Assembly: GCA_964515005.1 (NCBI GenBank)
Contig: CAZEVT010000001.1
Coordinates: forward strand, 310,720-374,719
Length of the DNA: 64,000 bases
Direction: 5' to 3'
DNA from: an uncultured Gammaproteobacteria bacterium
GTDB lineage: Bacteria > Patescibacteriota > Microgenomatia > UBA10105 > UBA927
In this document: piece by piece, positions 35,105-45,107 of the stretch
Numbering within the stretch: the first letter of the stretch is position 1
Layout: every line of letters starts with the position of its first letter
Notes under the pieces: model-generated
Told to the model about the DNA's origin: nothing
What the model saw: only the letters and a program-made list of their open reading frames with translations
The model's database searches: none
Made by a program: the position numbers and the translations under genes

Positions 35105-36493
35105 ATGCATATCCTTCACAAATCATATCTACGGAGATTCAGACGTTTACTTGAATTTGTTCTAAAAACGAACACGTTCTACAAAAAAAAATACACGAAG
35201 AAAGGAATCGTTTCTGCTGCCCAAATCAAGACATGGGAAGATTTTTTCTCTCTGCCTCTTACCACGAGGTATGAACTTATAGGCGACCAGGAGCGCACTC
35301 CTCCTTTTGGCACAAATATTAGTCGCCCGCTTTCCCAGTATTCTTTTGTGATACGTACATCGGGTACATCGACGGGGCGGCCGTTCTTCCAACCTCTGAC
35401 TCATGATGAATTCAATCGGTTTGTTGAGGTCATGATAGCCGGCTATGAAGAAATGGGTCTTAAGTCAGGTGACATTGTTTCTTATGTGAGCGCTCCACAC
35501 GCATATCCGCTTTTTTACGAAATAACTCACCGCATGGGTGCGCGCATGGTACCGGTCGAAACCCATACATCCTTCGATTTTTTGACTCGGATACAAACTA
35601 TGAACGTAAATGTGCTTCAAGCCTATCCTACTGCTCTATTTGAACTTATGGAATTGGCAAAAGATCATCATATTGATCTTCGGCGTTTGGGACTGAAAAA
35701 AATTTTTACTATCGGAGAAGTCGGAGGGGGACACCCTCCAACCAAGGCGTTGCTTGAACGTGTATGGGGGGCCAAGGTGATCGATCATATAGGATCGTTG
35801 GAATCTGGAACACTTGCTGTGATTTGTCCAAAAGGAAATGGGTATCATCTTTTGGAAGATTTGTTTATCGCTGAGGTATTTGCATTGGATGCTGATATAC
35901 CCACACGCCGAGGCGAGCTCGTTTTGACATCATTTTGGAGACGAGATTATCCTCTTATCCGATACAGGACAGGCGATATGGTAGAGATTGAGTATGGGAG
36001 ATGCTCCTGCGGGAAAACAACGCCGCGACTTATCAATGGCATTTTAGGAAGAGTAACGGGACAATTGAGACTGCGTGCAGCTATGCTTTTCCCCGAAGAT
36101 ATTGAGCGAGTGTTGCGATCCCACACACAGGTTCTGGAATATCAAGTTATCTGTAGGAAACCTCATGGCATTGATGTGGTTGATATATATGCCGAGTTAT
36201 CACTAAAGACTACTCGCGGTGAACTTGTCGCATTAATCGATGATCTTGATAATCTACTTGGTTTTGCTCCCAACCTCTATCCGATGCTCCCTAAGATGCT
36301 CCCCCGTTTCGATCTGCAAAAGGGGAGTCGGTTTCATGATTATAGAATATCTAAAACTGATACGCGTGAACCGGTAGGGTTACCCAAAAGGATTCTATCA
36401 AAGATCGTATGGTCCCTCTTTATCTGGAATAATCAAAGCAACATGGTAAAGAAATATATTTCTTTTGTTCATACTATACTCAAAAGAAATTAA
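35105..36493 (+). CDS. CapK/PaaK-like adenylate-forming enzyme (phenylacetate-CoA ligase / coenzyme F390 synthetase family)
   Basis: AMP-binding core (IRTSGTSTGRPF ... YRTGD). Its size and architecture match CapK proteins of capsule loci. Confidence 0.6.
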   Translation: MHILHKSYLRRFRRLLEFVLKTNTFYKKKYTKKGIVSAAQIKTWEDFFSLPLTTRYELIGDQERTPPFGTNISRPLSQYSFVIRTSGTSTGRPFFQPLTHDEFNRFVEVMIAGYEEMGLKSGDIVSYVSAPHAYPLFYEITHRMGARMVPVETHTSFDFLTRIQTMNVNVLQAYPTALFELMELAKDHHIDLRRLGLKKIFTIGEVGGGHPPTKALLERVWGAKVIDHIGSLESGTLAVICPKGNGYHLLEDLFIAEVFALDADIPTRRGELVLTSFWRRDYPLIRYRTGDMVEIEYGRCSCGKTTPRLINGILGRVTGQLRLRAAMLFPEDIERVLRSHTQVLEYQVICRKPHGIDVVDIYAELSLKTTRGELVALIDDLDNLLGFAPNLYPMLPKMLPRFDLQKGSRFHDYRISKTDTREPVGLPKRILSKIVWSLFIWNNQSNMVKKYISFVHTILKRN

Positions 36494-36534
36494 CTCTTGA
36501 TTTTTAGAAACAACATATATATCATAAGCCAATT

Positions 36535-37578
36535 ATGCCGATGAAGACTCGTTTTCTTCCACTTATCTTTATTCTTCTTATCGTGATGGCAGGGTTGTGG
36601 GTCTGGATGAGTGCAAAAAATAATGCTAGCAAAAAGCCTGTTTCAACCAATGGTCTACCAGTTATTATATTGGGAGCGGCTCCACCATCATCCAATGATC
36701 TAGCAGCTCGTGTTATTCGCAAATACGGATGGGATAAAGAAGCAGGGTTTCAATTGGAAACTCGGGCTGTCGCGCCGGAAGTTGCTATACCTACAATCAT
36801 CGGCGGGACGGTCGACATCATTGGCATGACACCTTTGGCGGCTTTGACGACCGTCAATCCAGAAAAGCCTATTACCATTTTGGCAAACGGTAATATTGTG
36901 TATTGTCCATTTTTCGTTCCCGAGGGGAGTACACTCACAACCTGGCAAGAGCTTAAGGGTAAACGTTTGGGAGCCACAGCGATTGTGGGGCCATCCTACA
37001 ACATGACCAAAATTGCTATGAAACTCAAGGAAAATTTGGATATGGATAAAGCGTTTATTGTTTCTAATTCGCCGTTCCCGGAGCTTATTCCACGATTATC
37101 ACGAGGTGAAATAGATGGTGCCATAGGCCGGTGTGGTGAAGTTGGGATAGCCAAAGCAGTGGTTGAAGCAAAGTTTAAAGTCATTGGAAATCTCACTGAC
37201 ATCCTATACAAAGATGGAGACTTGAGCGAGCTCATGATGGAAGCCTTGGTGACGACACGTGATTGGGCGACTACCCATAGTGAGCTTGCGATAGCGTTCC
37301 GTGAGACCTTGTATCGAGCCTATGCGTACATCAAAGATCATCCAGAAGTGTATGATGATCCTGACATACAAAAAGCCTACGCTCTTGATAAATCCACACC
37401 CGACGTTATAGCCAAAGTTAAAGAACTCGTTCCCATATTTTACGCCTTCAAGACATGGTCAGAAGCAATAGATTCACAGTACAAGTTTCTCAAAATGGCT
37501 CAAGAAGCGGGATTTTTTACAGAAGTTCCTGTCAAAGAAGAACTCTTTTTCAATCCCAGCGTATCGCCTCAACCATAA
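36535..37578 (+). CDS. ABC transporter substrate-binding protein (NMT1/THI5, SsuA/TauA-like)
   Basis: N-terminal TM/signal anchor and a periplasmic-binding-protein fold. It is followed by a permease and an ATPase. Confidence 0.65.
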   Translation: MPMKTRFLPLIFILLIVMAGLWVWMSAKNNASKKPVSTNGLPVIILGAAPPSSNDLAARVIRKYGWDKEAGFQLETRAVAPEVAIPTIIGGTVDIIGMTPLAALTTVNPEKPITILANGNIVYCPFFVPEGSTLTTWQELKGKRLGATAIVGPSYNMTKIAMKLKENLDMDKAFIVSNSPFPELIPRLSRGEIDGAIGRCGEVGIAKAVVEAKFKVIGNLTDILYKDGDLSELMMEALVTTRDWATTHSELAIAFRETLYRAYAYIKDHPEVYDDPDIQKAYALDKSTPDVIAKVKELVPIFYAFKTWSEAIDSQYKFLKMAQEAGFFTEVPVKEELFFNPSVSPQP

Positions 37579-37599
37579 AAGAAGGATTTAAATAGGCTC

Positions 37600-38394
37600 A
37601 TGAATAGCGCATTACTTCGTGGTCGTTTTTTTCGACAGATATGGATGTTTATTTTGCGCGTACTCCCCGAAAGTGTCGGCATCATAGGTTTTTTGGCTGT
37701 TTGGTATGGAGTGAGCGTGCAGATTCCTGGTTTTCTTTTACCCTCCCCAATAACCACTTTTTTTGATACCGTGGAAACACTCACATCGTCGGATTTTTGG
37801 GCAAACGCGGCGCTCACGTTTGGGCGATCTCTTGAGGGACTTATCGTTGCCTTTGTGCTTGCAAACATCGCGGCGATTTTAAGCGCTGCCAGTAGGGTTG
37901 CCAAAAAAGGGTTATGGCCGCTTATTCTTTTGGGCAACTCATTCCCCGGTACGATCGCCACGTTTATTGCGGTGGTTGTCTTGGGTTCGCGCGGGCCTGT
38001 GGCAATAACGGTGGAAGTTGCGCTTCTGGGACCGCTATTATTTTATATGTTATATCCGGCTTATGAGGCCATTGACAAAAATCTCTATGAACTCGCTGTC
38101 GTATTTCGTCTTTCAAACGTCACGTACCTTCGATCTATCGTTCTTCCTCAGCTTGCTCCGGCACTTTTTGCAGCCATCCGCACTGGTCTTGCCAACGGGT
38201 GGAAGCTTGTGGTAACCGCCGAGGTATTTAGCCTGGGTGATGGCGTGGGGTACCGAATTCTTCAATATTTTAACCTTTTTTCCTTGCGGCATGTATTTGC
38301 TTGGTTGTTGTCGTTTCTTCTGATTATGCTTGCTGTTGAATATCTCTTGGTGGCACCCTTTGAACGATGGGTGGTCGCCCGAGGCAGAAAGTAA
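37600..38394 (+). CDS. ABC transporter permease (SsuC/TauC-like, BPD_transp_1)
   Basis: Six TM helices with the EAA-type loop (LYELAVVFRLSNVTYLRSIVLPQLAPAL). Confidence 0.8.
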   Translation: MNSALLRGRFFRQIWMFILRVLPESVGIIGFLAVWYGVSVQIPGFLLPSPITTFFDTVETLTSSDFWANAALTFGRSLEGLIVAFVLANIAAILSAASRVAKKGLWPLILLGNSFPGTIATFIAVVVLGSRGPVAITVEVALLGPLLFYMLYPAYEAIDKNLYELAVVFRLSNVTYLRSIVLPQLAPALFAAIRTGLANGWKLVVTAEVFSLGDGVGYRILQYFNLFSLRHVFAWLLSFLLIMLAVEYLLVAPFERWVVARGRK

Positions 38395-38400
38395 TACAGT

Positions 38401-39147
38401 ATGAGAGACATAACCCTTTCGCGGATTGATGTGTCGTTTGCAACAGGAGTGGAGTTATTTCGTGATTTTTCTCTTACCATTCCAAAAAAGAGCTGCGTAT
38501 GTTTGTTCGGACCTTCAGGGTGCGGTAAAACGACACTTTTACACATTCTTGCCGGTTTGAGGAAGCCGGATAATGGCATGGTAAAATATAGTAACGCCGC
38601 TCGTGGTGGCCTCGGATCACCGATTATCGGGTACGTCTTTCAAGAACCCCGACTTTTATCCTGGATGACGTCAAAAGAAAACGTAGCGCTTGTACTAGAT
38701 TCGGTCATTGCGCGCAAAGATCAAGACCGTCACATTGCCCGTTTCCTTAAGCTCGTACGACTGTCGGGTCACAGTAACCGATACCCACAGGAGCTCTCCG
38801 GTGGAGAAAGGCAGCGCGTGAGTCTGGCTCGGGCGTTAAGTGTGAGCCCCGAGATTCTGCTTTTGGATGAACCATTTAGCCATCTTGATGAACTCACCGC
38901 GACAACGCTGCGTGCGGATTTTTTGAGGGTATTTGAGCAAATTCGCGCAACGACGGTATTTGCGACGCATAATCCTCTGGAAGCTATATATCTTGCCGAT
39001 GTGATCGTCGTACTTTCCAACGCTAAACCCACGTACATAAAAAAAATCATCAATATACCGAAGAAGAAATTAAGAACCCATGATCTGTATGGTTCCCTTA
39101 TTTTTGAGAAGCAAACAAAACGCCTCATACGGCAGATGTTTGGGTGA
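38401..39147 (+). CDS. ABC transporter ATP-binding protein (SsuB/TauB-like)
   Basis: Walker A GPSGCGKTT, signature LSGGERQRVSLARAL, Walker B LLLDEPFSHLD. Confidence 0.85.
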   Translation: MRDITLSRIDVSFATGVELFRDFSLTIPKKSCVCLFGPSGCGKTTLLHILAGLRKPDNGMVKYSNAARGGLGSPIIGYVFQEPRLLSWMTSKENVALVLDSVIARKDQDRHIARFLKLVRLSGHSNRYPQELSGGERQRVSLARALSVSPEILLLDEPFSHLDELTATTLRADFLRVFEQIRATTVFATHNPLEAIYLADVIVVLSNAKPTYIKKIINIPKKKLRTHDLYGSLIFEKQTKRLIRQMFG

Positions 39148-39157
39148 AATAGTCAAC

Positions 39158-39913
39158 CTAATAATAGATACTCATGGGAGAGAGTTTCGGTTCCATCTCT
39201 TCTATGATTTTGCGGGGAATGGGATTGTCGCCAAGTATTAATATATTTAGGTTGGGCGGTAAGAATGCGGGAAAGGTGTCAAGACGATTGCCCGTGAGAT
39301 CCAGTATCCCTAATTTGTTCAAATTGCCAATTGAAGGCGGAAGCGACTCCAGTCGATTATATGAAAGGTTTAGTACCGCAAGATTTTGAAGTTGTCCGAT
39401 GGTCGACGGGAGGCGCGTGAGATTATTCCCAAGCAATGAAAGGTCTTCAAGATTTGTGAGATTGCCTATCGCGTCGGGGAGAGTAGTGAGTCGTGTGTTG
39501 GTAATGAACATAGTGCGAAGCCCGGTAAGTTTTCCTATCTCGTCGGGAAGCGTGCGTATGGGATTTTGATTGATCCAAAGTCCGGTTACATTGTGGACAG
39601 AGCCGATCAGAGGAGAGATGGTCGATACATGATCATCGGAGTCAAGCCCTATAAATACATCTGAGAGACTACGACTGCTTTCTTCCATCTTCACAAAAAA
39701 CGTTTCTTGTGAATATGTGGTTTCACCATACAGTGCATCCTTAGAGAAGACATACTCCCGTTGTAAGGGGATGCTTCGCATAGCGGGAAGCAAGGCCATC
39801 ACAACGCGGAAACTCACGAAAGCGGTTATGAATCCAAGAATCATCGCTATTGCGATACGGTAGGGTGCGTGAGTATCGGTCAGGATGGGTGGTTGCGCCT
39901 CGATTGTTGTCAT
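39158..39913 (-). CDS. membrane-anchored leucine-rich-repeat (LRR) protein
   Basis: An N-terminal TM helix is followed by about seven 23-residue LRRs (LxxLxxLxLxxNxLxxLPxxIGx). Confidence 0.75.
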   Translation of the reverse strand: MTTIEAQPPILTDTHAPYRIAIAMILGFITAFVSFRVVMALLPAMRSIPLQREYVFSKDALYGETTYSQETFFVKMEESSRSLSDVFIGLDSDDHVSTISPLIGSVHNVTGLWINQNPIRTLPDEIGKLTGLRTMFITNTRLTTLPDAIGNLTNLEDLSLLGNNLTRLPSTIGQLQNLAVLNLSYNRLESLPPSIGNLNKLGILDLTGNRLDTFPAFLPPNLNILILGDNPIPRKIIEEMEPKLSPMSIYY

Positions 39914-39941
39914 AGGAACGTATGGGATACAATATCATTAT

Positions 39942-40460
39942 ATGGACCTCATGCCCGATAGTACAAGTGCTCCCGTATGGCATATCGGAAACGCTATTTT
40001 TATTGGAGTGCTATTGGCAGCGATGACTGCAATCGCTCTGATTTGGTTGCCCTATGACCGCATCGTCGTTTTTGATCAACCGTGGGCAACCACTGTTCGG
40101 ATGAGCTCCATTCATCTGAAACAGGGAGGATTCGCCGTTTTGTATCTTCAGGAACCGGAAGGTTGGCGGCAGGTGGGTCAAACATTTTATTTGCCGCCGG
40201 GGTATTACCAAAACGTCGTAGTTGGTATTGATATTGATGTGCTCTTACAACATACTGCGAGCCATTTTATCGCACGGCTTTATGAGGATACGGGAGATTA
40301 TGTATTCCAAGAAACGGTAGATGTGCCGGTGAAGGATGTTTTTGGCAACGTGTATACGAAGCATTTCTGGTTTGACCACGGTCCAAACGTCATCAGACGC
40401 GCATTGGGCCGAATGACATTTCAGCCTGTCCCGCTTCTTATCGATACTCTTTTCCCGTAA
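39942..40460 (+). CDS. hypothetical membrane-anchored protein
   Basis: 172 aa from ATG 39942, with one N-terminal TM helix. No family recognised. Confidence 0.4.
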   Translation: MDLMPDSTSAPVWHIGNAIFIGVLLAAMTAIALIWLPYDRIVVFDQPWATTVRMSSIHLKQGGFAVLYLQEPEGWRQVGQTFYLPPGYYQNVVVGIDIDVLLQHTASHFIARLYEDTGDYVFQETVDVPVKDVFGNVYTKHFWFDHGPNVIRRALGRMTFQPVPLLIDTLFP

Positions 40461-41634
40461 ATCCCTCGTACTCCCGTTTTTTCATAACGTCGAGAATGGC
40501 CTCAATTTTTTTCTCCCAGGTATGAGAGAGGGCAATTGTGCGTTCCTGACGTCGCTGGGAGGGCGTCAGAGGGTGGGTAAGGGTGTGAGCGATGTGACGG
40601 GTCCATTCTTTGGGGGTAGTTCCCTGTCGAACAAACGGCGCATACCGTGATAGCTCCATAATGGGCGTCGTTATGACATACTTTTGGGCATAAAAGTATT
40701 CCATGCATTTCATGGGAAATGCATAGCGATTGAATGGAAGCCGTGTGTTGTAAGGGATGATTGTGGCTGCACACCGGTTGAGAATAGTGGGGACATACCG
40801 GGGAGAAACAGCGGTATGGACGACATTAGGTAAAGACAGAAGGCGACCGGTCATCCGTCGCACATAGGCGGCCTCGTAATCGAAGATGTCGTTATCAAAG
40901 ATCGGCCCGATGAGGGCAAATTGCCATTGCGGATTATCGCGGATGACCCGGGAGATGAGGCGGTAGTCGAGGCGGTAGTCGATAGCGCCTATAAATCCGA
41001 TCATGGGCTTTGTGGTGGTCAGAAGACCGTTGAGAGGTTTGGGATGGCGAAACATTTCTATCCGAAATCCAAGGGGTACGGTGTGCACAACTGCCCGAGT
41101 TTTCCGCAGCAACGCGGTGAGCGTGTGCGAATTTGCGGTAACGATCCATGCGCGTTTGAGAAGTTTGCGTTCTTCATTTTGCAATGTGGCAGCAATACGG
41201 GGGAGGGGGTGCCAGACCCGATCAACGCAATCATACAAAATCGGCATATTCCAAAAAACATACGGAAAACACGCGAAGACGGGATGAAAAAATCCGAAGA
41301 ACCAGAAGACTCTTTTGGCAGTAATACGTTTTATTATTATCGAACACAAAAATTGTACAATAATAGCATTAAGGATTAAATTGATGGCTTGTACTATCGC
41401 AAACCTTTTTCCAGGAACTACATATAAGGGTTGATATCGCCAGTGATTTCCGTCTTTCGTAATCATTCGATATGGTTTGCGGTCCACTATGATTTCGCGA
41501 AGAGAAACCGCATCACCCCAAAGAAAACAAACGACGATGTGGCGTCGAGCTAGGATGCGTGCCGTCTGGTTGGCATAATCCGTATGCCACTGGTACGGGT
41601 TATGGAAGGGAATGATAAAGCAGTATTTTTGCAT
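40438..41634 (-). CDS. putative GT-B fold glycosyltransferase
   Basis: 398 aa. Its alternating alpha/beta pattern and size resemble GT1/GT4 enzymes, but the EX7E motif is not obvious. Confidence 0.45.
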   Translation of the reverse strand: MQKYCFIIPFHNPYQWHTDYANQTARILARRHIVVCFLWGDAVSLREIIVDRKPYRMITKDGNHWRYQPLYVVPGKRFAIVQAINLILNAIIVQFLCSIIIKRITAKRVFWFFGFFHPVFACFPYVFWNMPILYDCVDRVWHPLPRIAATLQNEERKLLKRAWIVTANSHTLTALLRKTRAVVHTVPLGFRIEMFRHPKPLNGLLTTTKPMIGFIGAIDYRLDYRLISRVIRDNPQWQFALIGPIFDNDIFDYEAAYVRRMTGRLLSLPNVVHTAVSPRYVPTILNRCAATIIPYNTRLPFNRYAFPMKCMEYFYAQKYVITTPIMELSRYAPFVRQGTTPKEWTRHIAHTLTHPLTPSQRRQERTIALSHTWEKKIEAILDVMKKREYEGFTGKEYR

Positions 41635-41674
41635 AGCGCAGTTTATTGCATATTGTATGATACAATCGTCGAAA

Positions 41675-43141
41675 ATGAAACTTTCACAACGGACATTGTT
41701 CAGTGTTACCGGGTTGTATTATGTTGCACTTCTGTTGATGCCCGACACAAAAACGTTGGTCGCCGTCAGTGTCCTGTTTTTTCTTTTTTTGTGGAAGCTC
41801 TTTGGCAGTCTCCGTATCGCACTGGGTAGTATATATCTTATGCTCCTGCCGATTGCGGTCGGGAAAAAAATACCGATCGAATTCTTGTCTCCGCTAGACC
41901 TTGATATACTCGGCAGGTCATATGGGATCTCTGCAGACGTTATCATCAGCCTGCCGGATATAGTCATTGCAGGCATGGGTATAGTGCTCGTCCTTTCTGC
42001 GCTGCGAGGTACGCTCGTGTACCGAAGAGATCGGTGGTTAGAATTATTGCTGTTTCTCTATCCCGTGGCTACGATACTGGCAACACTTTTTGGATCGGTG
42101 CATCCGGAAGTATCAATCCTACACAGTTTGTTTACTGTCCGGCCGCTTATTCTCTACTATTTCTTTGCTTCCTTTTCTGGAATAACTCCACTCACAGCCA
42201 TCACATTCATGTCGGCAGGAGTGGTGTTTGAATCATTCGTCGTTGGGGGACAGGTAGTGCGCGGTGGTCCTCTGGAGCTTGCTGTTGAAGCGTATCGGGG
42301 GTATATTTCGATTGATTCATCGGCAGAAGCAGGTACCGGGCTCTTGCGCTACGCAGGAACGTACGAGCATGCCAACGTTCTGGCCCACGCGCTCCTCGTA
42401 CCCCTTACGTTGCTTCTGCCTACTCTTTTTTACCGCTATGGCAACATGGGGAAGATACTATCCGCCTGTTTTTTTGTTGGCCTGGGAGCGCTGGCATGGA
42501 CCATGAGCCGATCTGCATATGTAGGGTTAGGAGTAGGTGTGGGGATTTTTTTCTTCATAGCAGAAAAAATCTGGCACTATCGCCTCACCATGGTGCATAT
42601 ACGCACTGCGCTTACGCGTGGAATGATAGCCGCCATTATCATTGGCATAGGCGCGATTATGTTACCCCGCATTACCAGTTCGTGGGTTACGGGCAATGCG
42701 TACGGTAGTTGGGAAACCCGCATGCTGCTCCTGCGTGAATACAAGGAAACGATCGCCCAGCATCTCGTAAACGGCGTGGGACTTGGGATGGACGTCTACT
42801 ACCAATACCAGCGGTCGTTCATTGCCGGTGATCCTCAGCTAGACTCACCGAATCGATCGGTTCTTCAGTATTTTCCGGAGCCGGTCCATAACGGATTCAT
42901 TCGACTTCTGGTCCAAGTCGGATTATTGGGTACTGTTGCCTACAGTATTGTTTTTGTACGGCTTTTTCTGCTGACGATCATGCGGGTGAGATCAAAAAGA
43001 GGACAGGGGGGGCGTTTGCTTGGATTGTCATTAGTGATTACCTATATAGCCGTGTTTATAAACAGCATGGCGCAACCACTCCTTCCTGATTTGCAGTTTT
43101 TTGTAGTGTTGACTATGATATACGCACACAACAGGGTATGA
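41675..43141 (+). CDS. O-antigen ligase / Wzy-like polymerase family membrane protein
   Basis: About 11 TM helices with the Wzy_C core (WTMSRSAYVGLGVGVGIFFF) and a large periplasmic loop. Confidence 0.6.
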   Translation: MKLSQRTLFSVTGLYYVALLLMPDTKTLVAVSVLFFLFLWKLFGSLRIALGSIYLMLLPIAVGKKIPIEFLSPLDLDILGRSYGISADVIISLPDIVIAGMGIVLVLSALRGTLVYRRDRWLELLLFLYPVATILATLFGSVHPEVSILHSLFTVRPLILYYFFASFSGITPLTAITFMSAGVVFESFVVGGQVVRGGPLELAVEAYRGYISIDSSAEAGTGLLRYAGTYEHANVLAHALLVPLTLLLPTLFYRYGNMGKILSACFFVGLGALAWTMSRSAYVGLGVGVGIFFFIAEKIWHYRLTMVHIRTALTRGMIAAIIIGIGAIMLPRITSSWVTGNAYGSWETRMLLLREYKETIAQHLVNGVGLGMDVYYQYQRSFIAGDPQLDSPNRSVLQYFPEPVHNGFIRLLVQVGLLGTVAYSIVFVRLFLLTIMRVRSKRGQGGRLLGLSLVITYIAVFINSMAQPLLPDLQFFVVLTMIYAHNRV

Positions 43142-44010
43142 CCATGCAAAAATTTATCCGGCGATTTGGTTTTTTTGAATACGGTGGTATTCTGCTCCTT
43201 TTTGTCGCCGTCGCCGTCGCCTATGTCCTCCTGTCACCTCAGTCAAAAGATATATTAATAACGGTGAGACTTGCTGAAAAAGATCTGATCTGGCTGGATA
43301 ACGGATCCCCGCGAGCGTTTGGAGCCAACGTCGTCCACCCCGGCATGAAAGACAAAGATGCGCTCGGCCGTGTGACGGCGGAAGTAACAGAGGTGATCGC
43401 GTTTGATCAACCCCGGCAAGAATCACCGTATGTAGACAAAAAAACAGTCTATGTCACTCTGCGATTACGAGCATCTCATACTACTAAGACCGACCAATAT
43501 CGATATCAAGGCACGCTTCTTCAAGTCGGCGAATGGGTGCGATTTTCTATCAACTCGACGACCATAAACGGTTTGGTGATCAGCACTCCTTCTTCGGATA
43601 TTCCAAAACCGGTATGGGTCACGGTCAAAGCTCAATTAAAGCCTGATGATTTATTCGGGCGCGAACCCTTCGATGAAACAACCGGTGTTGATTGGTATAT
43701 AGCACAAGCAATCACGGTGGGAGACAAAGCAACGGATTCAGAGGGACATATCATCGCCCAGATATTGGAGAAACAGGTCGTGCCCGCAACACGTACAACT
43801 TTTGATCTAAACGGCAATATTTACCAGCGGAACCACCCGCGCAAGTTCGATGTGTATATAACGGCGAAAGTTGCCGCACTCAGAGTGAATGATGAACTCT
43901 ATTACCTGGATGCGTTGCGTATGAAAGTGAACGCAAGGCTGCCTCTTTTTCTCTCTCGGATAGATATCGAGCCGCGTATCACCGAAATCGTTTCGGTCAA
44001 TGAACAATAG
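43138..44010 (+). CDS. hypothetical membrane-anchored protein
   Basis: An N-terminal TM helix and a beta-rich extracytoplasmic domain. The start overlaps the upstream stop (ATGA). Confidence 0.45.
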   Translation: MTMQKFIRRFGFFEYGGILLLFVAVAVAYVLLSPQSKDILITVRLAEKDLIWLDNGSPRAFGANVVHPGMKDKDALGRVTAEVTEVIAFDQPRQESPYVDKKTVYVTLRLRASHTTKTDQYRYQGTLLQVGEWVRFSINSTTINGLVISTPSSDIPKPVWVTVKAQLKPDDLFGREPFDETTGVDWYIAQAITVGDKATDSEGHIIAQILEKQVVPATRTTFDLNGNIYQRNHPRKFDVYITAKVAALRVNDELYYLDALRMKVNARLPLFLSRIDIEPRITEIVSVNEQ

Positions 44011-45100
44011 ATTTTTTTGCAAGTGCTTTGTTGATATATCGCGTGAGCGTTCGTTCAAATTGGTTGTCGTCGAATTTTTTTGCGTGATTCCTCAGCACAC
44101 GCGGGTCAAATCGCATGCGTGATAGCCTTTGGATTGCCTCCTCCAGTGACGAAACCGACGGCTGGTGGAAGAATATCCCTGTTTTTCCTTCGATTACTGT
44201 TTCTTTGGTGCCACCCCCCCAATACGCGATAACTGGTACCCCGTGGGCATTCGCTTCAAGGGGAACCATGCCAAAGTCTTCATTATAGGAAGGAAAAATA
44301 AGCCCGATTGCATGGGTATAGAGTGACGTAATGCGGCGATCATCGACGAATCCCAAGAATTCGATCGTGGGACCTGCGATACTTCGAAGGTATCGTTCAT
44401 AGCGGGGCTCATTGGTCTTTCCGGCGATTTTTAAGCGAACGCGCAAATGATTGCATGCGGTGATTGCAGTTTCTATATTTTTCGTTCGGTCCAAACGCGA
44501 AACGATAAGGTAGTAAGAAGGAGAAGCATTTCTGCGCGGGAGATGCTGTGGGATTGCGATAGAGGGGTATAAAATGGCCGCTGCGACACCGCAAAACTTG
44601 CGAAGTACATCTTTTGTGTGGCGGGAGTTGGTTATGATATAGGGCGATTTCATAAGCGTCCGCTTGTAGGAGGGTTTCATGACGCGTTCATAGTGCGTAA
44701 GTCGTTGCCAGGGGGTCGGAGGGTCTATGCCAAGGATATTTTTTGGGGGGGATTGTAGATATTGAATATGGCAAGCCGCGGGAGCCACGCGTACCATGTT
44801 GCACATAAGTTGCAGCGTATGAGAAATGACTAAGTCAAAATCAGAAAGATCGACGCTGTGCCAGACGAACGGCGCCATACTTTGAAAAAGTGAGGTATGA
44901 GACCACAGGAGAGGAATTTTTTGTATCCAGGTTGCGTGTAGCCGGGCAGATGAGAGCGTGGGAAAAAATTTTTGGATGAAGAGTGGGTTATAAAATCCGG
45001 TATAGACATGTGCCCGGGGGTACATTGAAAGAATTGTGGCAAGCACACGTTCTGCGCCGCCAAACTCGACTAAACTATCGTGTACGATGGCTATTTTCAT
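43997..45100 (-). CDS. family 4 glycosyltransferase (GT-B, Glycos_transf_1)
   Basis: N-terminal MKIAIVHDSLVEFGGAERV and C-terminal EX7E region (FPSYNEDFGMVPLEANAHGVPVIA...G). Confidence 0.85.
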   Translation of the reverse strand: MKIAIVHDSLVEFGGAERVLATILSMYPRAHVYTGFYNPLFIQKFFPTLSSARLHATWIQKIPLLWSHTSLFQSMAPFVWHSVDLSDFDLVISHTLQLMCNMVRVAPAACHIQYLQSPPKNILGIDPPTPWQRLTHYERVMKPSYKRTLMKSPYIITNSRHTKDVLRKFCGVAAAILYPSIAIPQHLPRRNASPSYYLIVSRLDRTKNIETAITACNHLRVRLKIAGKTNEPRYERYLRSIAGPTIEFLGFVDDRRITSLYTHAIGLIFPSYNEDFGMVPLEANAHGVPVIAYWGGGTKETVIEGKTGIFFHQPSVSSLEEAIQRLSRMRFDPRVLRNHAKKFDDNQFERTLTRYINKALAKKSIVH

Positions 45101-45107
45101 GGATTCT

